From: Coniocarpon cinnabarinum
Lineage: Eukaryota
Assembly (NCBI GenBank): GCA_051942205.1
Contig: JAVECO010000113.1
Span: forward strand, 56,607 to 76,606
DNA length: 20,000 nucleotides
Direction of reading: 5' to 3'
The notes beneath the pieces were generated by a model. The model saw nothing but the letters and a program-made list of their open reading frames with translations, was not told the DNA's origin and did not search any database. Both the position numbers and the translations under genes were made by a program. Below are positions 10,957-20,000 of the stretch, piece by piece. How positions within the stretch are numbered: position 1 is the stretch's first letter; each line of letters starts with the position of its first letter.

Positions 10957-12452
10957 TCCAACAAAGCCCCCTTGAGAATGCACTTGTTCTAAGTCGCGCA
11001 GTCACCCCTTTCAGTCAGACACTTCCTGGCCGTTTTTCATAAGACATGAGTGAGTGTTATGTATGATGAAGTCCTGACCAGTCGAATGTGCAAACTACAA
11101 TGGTATGCCATAAGGGAAAAGAAGCAGAAGTAGGCTCTTTCAGCCGAAAGTGACCATGCTACCGGGACTGACGCAAGAAGACAAGAGTAGAAGATAGTTT
11201 TGCGTGACGGGAACAGGGGTTGTCTTTAGGAAACGTGAGCGATGGTCAGAAACCGCGAGATCCAGTTCTTCTTGATCTTTTCGCTGTTCATTTTATAGGA
11301 ACGTGTGCGAGCTGTCTAAATGGACTCATATATATTATGCACTTGCTGCGTCGTGCAGTGTGTAGTTTTGAATGCAGCCTATCTCCGTATTCAAGACAAC
11401 ATGATAAGGCACGGAGAGGTCTCTGCGGCAGCCAAGGATCACAGCCAAGATTTCGAAGAGCGCAATATCACTCGTGGGGAAGGAAGGGAGAAAGAAGCAG
11501 ACAATATTCAAAGCGCGCCCAGCGTCATGGTTGATAAGAAACAGGCCGTAAACAGTAAGTCTAAGCAGATCAATCAGGGCAAAGCTGCGCTCCCTTTGCA
11601 GATGCCTGCAATATTTCCTGGATCTCTTTTTGGTAGTCGCAGAATCGTGCGTAGTGTTGTACCAGGCTTAGTCGAGGCTTGCAGTAGTATTTGCTATGTG
11701 GCAAGACAAAGTGGACGCGTGACACGAAAGAAAGCGGCCGTTGTGCAATGCCTTGTTACAATGTAATGCCTTCGTTTTAAGGCAGAAGCGTTGATGTTGA
11801 CAACTACTTACAGGTACAAAGTCAACCTAACCTGCAAAGTTCTGTAGAAGTTACAAGAGGCTTGCAAATATTACACTAAGTGCTACTCAGTGAAAGCTGA
11901 AGCAATTTGGCACTCGTAGGGGCAATGTTGAACATCAACCCGGCCACCAGCACGTCCCATTTGTGCCGTGTGGTTGGAAGAGGACAGATGGCAAACACCC
12001 TAGTCTCCAGTTTCTGGTTACGATCACGGCCCCAACCCCAGAAGACGCCCAAGTGACCCAACCATGTGCATAACCTGTAATTGCATGCACAGACATCTAA
12101 GAAAATGTAGCGCAATGTTAAGATCCATCCCCAGATTTTACCTGGGGGAACTCATGCTGCGTTCAAACTGCCTTGAGACATTTAGATATGGCTGCGATTA
12201 CAACGCAGAAATACTAAACAAACAATGTGAAGGCGGACCCCAAACTCCTTCGTCGCTACTGACAGCTTTCTCTGACACCATCACGTGTGGGCCCCAATGT
12301 CCCTCCCGTGTTTGACAGACGTGGCCTTCGGCACATCCAAACCCCTGCTTCTAGCCATGCTGTCCAAACGGCCCAGATTTGTATAATATCTTGCTTTCCT
12401 TTCGTGGCTCTACCGCTGTTCTTCCCTTCCCCCCTGCTCTCCATACACATAC

Positions 12453-13205
12453 ATGTGTATTGTCGTCTGCCTATCAGGAAAGAGTATCCCGTCTGACACC
12501 GACCTCGACGGTACCTTCACCTATCAACGCCAGCGCTTCAGGACTGGGCCAAAGCTCTTCAGACGCAAGTCGAGCACCAACGCCTATTCCAAAACCATGG
12601 AGCTCTCTTTCCATCTCTCGTCAGGCAATAAGGATGAGGAGCAGAAGCATAAGAAGAAGAAGAGCGACAAGAGCGGCGAAGACAGCAGCTCGAATGACGA
12701 CACCGAAAGCGACAATGACTCCAGCAGCGTCAGCAGCAGCAGCACCGAAGATTCAAAAGAAGATTTCGACGCCCTTGCCGAGCTCAAGCGTGTCAAGGAT
12801 GAGCTTGACAGGCTTCCAGACAACAAAAACCCTCCTTTCCTAGTACGTCAACAGCTTTCTTTGTCACAAAGACATGCTGTTCATGGGATAGTTAGCTAAT
12901 GAACTGAAAAGGAATGTCTTATCATGTGTCTGAGTTGCGGTCTTTTCGCCTTTGGCCGACCGAGGGACAATGGTGACAAAATGCCAACCGTCAATCTTCC
13001 TGAGGACGCGAAGGACGACGAGGAGAAGAAAGACGGGGATGAGGACGAGAACAAGGAAGATGGAGACGAGGACAACAATGACGAGAAGGGTGGCGATGAC
13101 AAGAAGGGCGACAGCGACAAGAAAGATGACGGTGGCGGAGACAGCAGTGGTGGTGACAAGTCTGATAAGTCCAAGTCGGATAAGTCTAAGAAAAGCAAGA
13201 AATAA
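12453..13205 (+). CDS. Orphan D/E/K/S-rich low-complexity protein; exon1 12453 (or 12597)-12842, intron 12843-12911, exon2 12912-13205
   Basis: A GTACGT..GCTAAT..AAG intron joins two track ORFs in frame (NPPFL|ECLIMCLSCG); ATG 12597 has a strong AAACCATGG context. Confidence 0.7.
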
Positions 13206-13751
13206 GACTGAGGCATGCGCGGGCTGCAGATGGTCCCACGGATATGCACCAGCGTCGTCCTTACGGCTGAGTCAAGCACAAGCCGCAAACATAGCAGAGG
13301 AGTTCCGGAGTCAAATAGTACCCCATTTGCGTTTGATAGAGGAAATAAGGCTTTCCATTCTCCAATTTGCTTTGATCTCCCGCCTCTTCAGGCGACAGAA
13401 AAGATATCAGATTACTCACCGAGATGGACGAACTATGATGTGAATCAGTAAGAAAAGTTTGTACCGGACAAGCAATCCGGAGTCCATTGTTGTCCTTTAA
13501 CCATAGCCGGGGTTCAAGATGCACTTATTCTGGTGCTGTTGAGCTGTAGGACACTCAGATATCCACTGCATTGGCACTTCGGAAGGCTGTCTAGTCGATC
13601 CAGCTCAATCATGCTTGGTACCGTGGACCCTGTCCCATTCGTAAACCATAAGACTTAGTGAGGGCATTTTATCTCCAGCAAATTTCAGTCGGACGCCTCG
13701 CTATGCAGAAACATCTTCAGCCATGTTTACCGAACATTTCTGACAGCACGC

Positions 13752-14672
13752 TCAATTCGCAATCAAAGCTGCACTAGGCACTAAGCCCGCTTCCTTGAGG
13801 CTCATGCCCCAATCCGCTTGGTCAAACGTCTTCTTTGGGAAATTTTGCACCAGCGACGAAATCTCCACGCTCTTGTCCGCATTCACAGCCTGCGCCACTT
13901 CGAACAAGGTGGTCTCGACCTTGAACGCCTTCATGAAGTTTCCGCTCGACGTCTGTACCCGCAATCGCGTCTCTGTGTACTCGCTCGTCGTTTTGCTCGT
14001 GCTTGGGCCACTACTTGTAGGCAGCTCTTCTTTCACGGGTGGTGGCGCTTGTTTACCCTCTCGCGCGGCCTTGTCCGCCTCAGCTTTCCGCTTTCGTTCC
14101 TCCTTGTCTGCTGCAATCTTTGCCTGGATGCGCTTCTTAGCCTCGATATCCTCGAGCTTTTCGCGTTTCTTTTTCTCCGCGTCCTTCATCTGCTCTTTCC
14201 GCTTCAATTCGTCTTTCGCGTCCTGTTGCTCCTTTGTGCTTTTCCGCCGGATTTCTTCGTTTCGCTTCAGTGCCTCCTTGTCCGCCTTTGCCTGATCGGC
14301 ACGCTTCTGATCTCGTTTTGCCTTGAGCTCCTCAAGTTTCACTTTTCGCTCTTCATCCGTAAGCGGGGCAAGCTCTTCGGTAGATTCAGAGAAGTCCGTA
14401 TGGCCTGATTTGGAAGCATGAAATTCGGCTTGAGGTTGACCCCGAAATTTCTTGCCGCACTCGTTGCAGATAAGGGAATTGGCGCCTTCTGGTGGAGGTG
14501 CGTCGGCATCTCCATCGCCCTCAGCCGCGCTCGATTGCAACTCTTCAAGGGACTTTTCTTGGTTCCGTTCAAGCCAATCGATAGCACCCTGGAGGTTGCC
14601 GCCAGCCTTGACGGCGAGAGAAGCTCTGTCAGGGTCGAAGCCCATGTCTTTTAAAGTGTCAAGGTCTGACAT
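13752..14672 (-). CDS. UBA - C2H2 zinc finger - coiled coil - UBX protein (Cdc48/p97 adaptor, UBXN1/SAKS1-like), 306 aa, intronless CDS
   Basis: UBA (LKDMGF...AIDWL); CNECGKKF..AEFHASKSGH finger; charged helix; UBX (TRLRVQ...NFPKK...LKEAGLVPSAAL). Confidence 0.92.
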   Translation of the reverse strand: MSDLDTLKDMGFDPDRASLAVKAGGNLQGAIDWLERNQEKSLEELQSSAAEGDGDADAPPPEGANSLICNECGKKFRGQPQAEFHASKSGHTDFSESTEELAPLTDEERKVKLEELKAKRDQKRADQAKADKEALKRNEEIRRKSTKEQQDAKDELKRKEQMKDAEKKKREKLEDIEAKKRIQAKIAADKEERKRKAEADKAAREGKQAPPPVKEELPTSSGPSTSKTTSEYTETRLRVQTSSGNFMKAFKVETTLFEVAQAVNADKSVEISSLVQNFPKKTFDQADWGMSLKEAGLVPSAALIAN

Positions 14673-15235
14673 GGTGAAGACCGCGAAATAGGTTTGAGGC
14701 TCTCAATGATCTTGAGGTCGAGCTTCTGATGTAGATGAATGAAAAGCGGTGTTACAGGCGCTGAGAGTTCAGCGGTAAATCGAGTGAGAGAACTTGAATG
14801 TGCAACAGAAATTCGCGCTGCAACTAATTAGCAAATCAAAGCGGTGGGTATGTTATTGGATTTGGTTGTTCAGAGTGATCAAAGCTCTTGCTGCCGGATG
14901 TCGAAACTATGTGCAGACGTATTCGAGAAGCTGCAGAGCCCAGAGTAGGTAGTTGAATGGTGTAGGCATTCGAGGGGCCTGACGCGGACCGACGTCATCT
15001 GCACTTTGTGCCTGGTGCCGAGCAGGGTAGCTATCTGTGAGTCTCGACCAGCCGCGTTCTTTCCACTGTTTGTCCAACTTGCATCGGCGCTGACGTTCTA
15101 TTTCAGAGCCTGGAGCACCACCTACATCTTCCTTGAAATACTCCTGAGCTTTTTGTCTGAGCCTGCAACAACCCCAATTTGCAGAGACATCACGGCGTTT
15201 TGCAGCTGAAGTTGTTTCCCATTCCGCGCGACACC

Positions 15236-16459
15236 ATGTCCATTCAACTTGACCCGTTGGAGCTCCAATTCACACGTATGCCAACATCCATGGGTTGGGC
15301 TCTGTCCAATCATGTTCGCTAACCGTGAGACAAGGCCCCTTCACGCAAGAAGTCACGGAGGTTTTGCGTTTGCACAACCCCACCAGTGATCCGATCGCAT
15401 TCAAGGTCCGCATCTGGAGAAGCTGTTTATCTTAGGGCCAAGCTAACTAGCTATGCGCAGGTTAAAACTACAGCGCCAAAGCAGTAAGAATAGCATCTTG
15501 GAGCCTCACATATATCACTACCGGCGCTTACGATACTGTACAGATACTGCGTGAGGCCAAATTCAGGCCGCATCGACTCTGGACAAGATGTGGAGGTGCA
15601 AGGTGCGAGAACAGCTGGAAGTGTTGGCACGAGGCAAAGGCTGATTGTGATGCAGTACTTCTTCAAGCCATGAAAGAGGATCCGCCTTTAGAAATGAAGT
15701 GTCGCGATAAGTTCCTTGTTCAAACTGTTGCTGTTCCCGCAAACCAAGATTTCAAAAATGTACGGCGTTTGACAACAAAATGCAATAGCAACAACAGACA
15801 AGAAGCTAATGGTGATACAGTGGCAAGAGATTGAGTCAAGCAGCAAATCATCGATCCAGGAGAAGAAGATTCGCGTTGCATATTTACCCGCGCCTGGTCA
15901 GAACGTCACTGGTGCTACCAGTACTCCACGAAAGTCCATGGGCGACCAAGACGCACCACCCGCCTACAGTTCCCCCGTGTCCAACGCAGCAACGCCAGCC
16001 CGCTCCGCTGACGCCTCGCACGTTCCGCCGTCAGGGCCAGTATCAAAGATGGAGTCCAAGCCAGAAGGCGCACGTAGCCTAGGAGACGCCGTGGCAACGA
16101 CGGGCAACCCGGAATCCACTTCTTCGACTGCCAAATCCACGGGCATCACTGGCGCTGCAGCGGATGCGGCAAGTGGGGCGGCTGCAACCGTGAGAAACGT
16201 CATTCCTACCACTAGCGAAGACGTGAAGGCACAGCTCGCCAGCGCCAACGATCAGATCATGCGCCTCAAGGAGCAGCTTCAAGACCAGACTGGCCTGCGG
16301 CAGCGCAAGCCGGATGCCAGCGAGAACTCTGCCAGCGACAAGTCTATTGGCTCGGGGTCATCTCTCGCCCAACAGCAGCATGCACCAAGTGGTGTCCCTG
16401 TACCTGTGGTTGCAGCACTTTGTCTCATCAGCTTCCTCTTGGCTTATCTGCTGTTTTAG
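15236..16459 (+). CDS. SCS2: VAMP-associated protein (MSP domain, tail-anchored ER protein), 311 aa; exons 15236-15275, 15335-15405, 15461-15483, 15544-15602, 15656-15759, 15821-16459
   Basis: Spliced product contains the VAP signature FKVKTTAPKQYCVRPNSG and CRDKFLVQ, a coiled coil and a C-terminal TM (VVAALCLISFLLAYLLF); exon sum 936 nt. Confidence 0.93.
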
Positions 16460-16937
16460 ATTGACCGTATCATAGATCCAAGAGGTTCTGAACATGCGAT
16501 GGCGGAGTAAATTGGGCTAATCGACAATCACTGCAATTGAGTTGTAGCTATGGCCACCTACGGTCTCTGCATTGACATTGGAAGCAAGGAAAAGATTCTG
16601 GCCGACGTTGACAAGTGCCCTTTATCAATTACAGGACGTCCATGTATCACTCCGTCTGACAATTAGATGTGGTGGTAGACTTGTGAGGAGATTGTCGCGC
16701 CTGAGAACGAGCTGAAGTGTACGAGAGCAGAGCTATATGAGAATGACATTGACATCACCGCCATCGATTTTATCCCACCATGCCCACCCACTGTGAGCCC
16801 TGGCCCCCTGGCATCTTTTTGGCACGTGCCTTGCCGATGCCGGCGGTCCGACAGACGTTTGGGCGTGAAACTACTTATTTAGGTAACCGAGGATGCTCCT
16901 TATCACCAAGCGTGCTCACCAGAAAGCGAAAGCGAGA

Positions 16938-17045
16938 GTAAGTATGACTACAATTTTCGTAAATTGATATTCTGGCTGATACGTCAATTCTCGTTTCCAT
17001 CTGCTCTCGACATGTCTGATAGCTTTTCTCGATCATTTCGTGTAG
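16938..17045 (+). other. Probable intron upstream of the asparagine synthetase main ATG
   Basis: Perfect GTAAGT donor at 16938, CTGAT branch at 17016-17020, pyrimidine tract, TAG at 17043-17045. Confidence 0.6.
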
Positions 17046-17072
17046 CGTTGTGCCCGTGATTTTTGCGCCGCC

Positions 17073-19186
17073 ATGTGTGGGATTTTCGCATGCCATCAGT
17101 AAGATACTCCGCTTCGCTTGCGAAGTTTCGATGCTGAGAATAGTAGCAGTGACTAATAGACCACAGCCATCCTGATGTCCAGAAGTTTAAGCCTCAGGCT
17201 CTGCGTTTAGGCAAAGCGTAAGCGTGAATGAGACCTTCTGAGCACCAAGTGTAGACTGACCACTTTGCAGCGTCCGACACCGTGGGCCAGACTGGAGTGT
17301 GTAACAAGGCATGATCAAGATATGTGCGAGAACTGACCACAATAGGCGGCAATCTCGTCGCAAATAACACCAGTATGTAAAGAAGAGACTCTGAGAGAGC
17401 GAATTCCGTGCTAATGCTCTGAAGTCCTTGTCCATGAGCGTCTAAGTATCGTTGGCGTAGGTCCGTGATCCAGCGATTGAAAACAGCAGGGAGGCCGCTC
17501 TGATCTCCTTACCAGATACTGGAGCCCAGCCACTTGTCAGCGAGGATTGGTCGATAGCGCTCGCCGTCAATGGCGAAATCTACAATCATAAGATCTTGCG
17601 AGGTCAGCTCAAGCAACCTTACAACTTTAAAACTCATTCAGACTGTGAGGTCATAATACCGCTAGTGAGTCTAAAGGCCTACTGAGGAACGAACATGTCC
17701 AAGGCTGACAATGGAGAAGTATCAGGAGCATGGCGCTGCGGCGCCGTCCTTTCTGGATGGCATGTTCTCTTGGGTTTTGCATGACAAGGTTCAAGACCGC
17801 ATCCTAGCCGCTCGTGACCCCATTGGAATCACTACATTCTACATGGGTCGATCGTCAAAAGAGCCCAATGCAGTGTACTTTGCGTCTGAACTGAAATGTC
17901 TGCATCCTGTTTGTGACAACATCATAGCCTTCCCACCCGGACATCTTTACGACTCGAAGACAGATCAAATATCTCGCTATTACAAGCCGCACTGGCTATT
18001 GGATCCACTCGCGACTCCTACGGCTCCTGTCAACTACACAATCCTACGGGAAACTCTCGAACGTTCAGTCCGAAAGCGGCTAATGGCTGAGGTTCCGTAC
18101 GGTGTCCTCCTATCAGGAGGTCTCGATTCTTCCCTGGTCGCCGCTATTGCACAGCGAGAGACACTTCGAGTCCAAGCAGCGTATCGCTCGCAGCAACAGA
18201 AGGGTGCCAATGGATATCCTGCACAGCCCAATGGGGTTCCTACTGAGACAGCGGAGTCTGTCTCTACCACTGAAGTTGTCGGCATTGATGACTCTGATCA
18301 TCTCTCTGGCCTTCCAGTCCTCGCTCAACTCAACTCTTTCTCCATCGGTTTACCAGGAGCGCCAGATTCCAAGGCTGCTCTTGAGGTCGCAAAGTTTCTC
18401 GGCACGCGCCACCACGCTTTCACGTTCACCATCGAAGACGGTCTCAATGCTCTGACAGATGTAATATACCACCTCGAGACTTACGATGTCACGACCATTC
18501 GCGCTTCAACACCCATGTTTCTTCTCTCGCGAAAGATAAAAGCGATGGGTGTGAAGATGGTCCTGTCAGGAGAAGGAAGTGATGAGATCTTTGGTGGCTA
18601 TTTGTATTTTGGAAATGCGCCAGGTCCCAAGGAGTTTCACGAAGAGTGCGTCAGGCGAGTGAAGAATCTCCACCTCGCTGATTGCCTGCGCGCCAACAAA
18701 TCGACGTCTGCGTGGGGCGTTGAGGCCCGCGTACCGTTCCTCGACAAGCAATTTCTCGATGTCGCCATGGGCATTGATCCGCAAGAGAAGATGATTCGTC
18801 CGCCTTCGCATCCTGATCGGATCGAGAAATATATTCTGCGCAAGGCTTTCGACACTCCTGAGAACCCCTACCTCCCGCATGATATCCTTTGGCGACAGAA
18901 GGAGCAGTTCTCGGACGGGGTCGGCTACGGCTGGATCGATGCATTGAGAGACAATGCTGAACTACACGTCACTGACGAGCAGATGAAGCACCCCAAACCG
19001 GAGTGGGGCAACGATGTCCCAGAGACGAAGGAGGCTTACTGGTATCGATGCATGTTTGATGAGCACTTTCCTCCGAGTTGTGCTGGGACTGTCGAGCGAT
19101 GGGTCCCGAAGTGGAGCGAGGAGCGTGATCCGAGTGGCAGGGCAATGGCGAGTCACAATGCGAAATATGAACACGTGAAGCAGTGA
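17073..19186 (+). CDS. ASN1: Asparagine synthetase (glutamine-hydrolysing), 593 aa; exons 17073-17098, 17167-17217, 17271-17296, 17346-17372, 17425-17460, 17516-17664, 17720-19186
   Basis: Ntn N-terminus [75 protein letters not shown]; exon sum 1782 nt. Confidence 0.96.
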
Positions 19187-19422
19187 ATGTTGATGGGTGA
19201 CCGACACGCGGACGAGGACGATGCCTCTTGAAAGCATAGCTAGCGGCAGCTGAACTTTTATAGATCGAGATGCGTCTATCAGCCTGTGGCAAAGCTTGAA
19301 ACAACCTTCACCTGCAGTTCGAGCTGTTAGTAATGTGACATGCTGCATCACATACACCGGAAAAATGTTCTTGCCCTTGCTGTCAGAACACCCTGAAGCA
19401 AGTACGAGCCCATTCTGCATAC

Positions 19423-19442
19423 TAACCCGGGTTATAACCCGG
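19423..19442. repeat. Overlapping perfect palindromes TAACCCGGGTTA (19423-19434) and CCGGGTTATAACCCGG (19427-19442)
   Basis: Read directly from the sequence. Confidence 0.85.
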
Positions 19443-19821
19443 CAAAACTGACCCCCATACAAGCTCTACATGTCCTGTCAGCCACATTGGTTTAGCCCAT
19501 AGATCGGCCACCCTTTTTGCCAAAACTAGACTTCAGGTCGCGGGTCTTGGCCCCCAGGCATGATACGAAATCGACGGTAAGCTGAAACGCACAACTGCTG
19601 CTTTGCCGTATTTGCGGGGATATGATGATGTGCCGTCCAGTGGTGAGACGGGCTGAGCTCGTAGTTTGTTTGACCTTTCTAGTGTTTAAAATCGCTTTTT
19701 GTAGACAGCAGTGCCTGCTCCCTTCTGCGAAGTCGCTTGCTTAGGCATTCGCGAATCAAGAGACTGTAGACATTGCAGCAAGCTATATATTGAATCAATA
19801 TCGGGCAGGAAATAGTCAATC

Positions 19822-20000
19822 ATGTCGACAAGCTCCTCCTCTAAGACGCCTACCATCCTCTTCGCCCACGGCGCATGGTAAGTCCACCAGACTTCATACC
19901 CTCATGCCGTCCCCTGTGCTCTGAATCCGCACTTACACGCACAGGCACCGCCCTGAAGCGCACTACACCCCCCTCCTCACCGCGTTGCGCACCCACTACC
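19822..20000 (+). CDS. Alpha/beta-hydrolase fold protein, 5' part (exon1 19822-19877, intron 19878-19944, exon2 19945->20000)
   Basis: Spliced MSTSSSSKTPTILFAHGAWHRPEAHYTPLLTALRTHY has the HGAW oxyanion motif; GTAAGT..CTTAC..CAG intron; TATATAT at ~19784. Confidence 0.85.

Noticed and set aside
11063..11171. ATGATGA...CTGA as a C/D snoRNA
   Set aside because: No terminal stem and no recognisable rRNA-complementary guide.
11320..11766. 148-aa ORF as a confident gene or CAAX protein
   Set aside because: Ends CLVTM (Cys at -5, not CAAX); no family; no consistent splice model.
13795..14691. 166- and 196-aa plus-strand ORFs
   Set aside because: Antisense shadows of the charged UBX coiled coil.
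18175..18330. Q/N/G-rich insertion in asparagine synthetase
   Set aside because: Variable loop at a position commonly expanded in fungal enzymes; frame intact, with no intein or intron signals.
4816..19189. Stop-codon readthrough to cryptic peroxisomal signals
   Set aside because: None of the stops I checked (RAE1, the 376-aa orphan, KEX1, UBX, SCS2, ASN1) has a TGA-CTA context, and the SCS2 and ASN1 extensions do not end in an SKL-like signal.
19622..19656. C-box/D-box pair around a small hairpin
   Set aside because: About 35 nt, too short for a snoRNA.

Overview
Eukaryotic genomic DNA from a filamentous ascomycete (Pezizomycotina-type): gene-dense, with short GT-AG introns and CTRAY branch sites. 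Hand-spliced gene models in order: 5' part of a disordered hypothetical protein (-, runs off left edge); intronless RAE1/GLE2 WD40 mRNA-export factor (+); 376-aa orphan (+); KEX1 serine carboxypeptidase (-, 1 intron); 3-exon orphan (-); 2-exon charged low-complexity orphan (+); intronless UBA-C2H2-UBX protein (-); SCS2/VAP (+, 5 introns); glutamine-hydrolysing asparagine synthetase (+, 6 introns); start of an alpha/beta-hydrolase (+, runs off right edge). I see no tRNA, rRNA, transposon or CRISPR. The best leads are regulatory. (1) A cryptic exon and intron upstream of the asparagine synthetase would give either a 24-aa uORF ending in Asn (unspliced) or an in-frame basic, presequence-like 24-aa N-terminal extension (spliced). 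(2) A stop-free FG-containing in-frame extension with near-cognate start codons lies upstream of RAE1. (3) 5 of 17 introns use AAG acceptors. All are hypotheses from sequence reading only.
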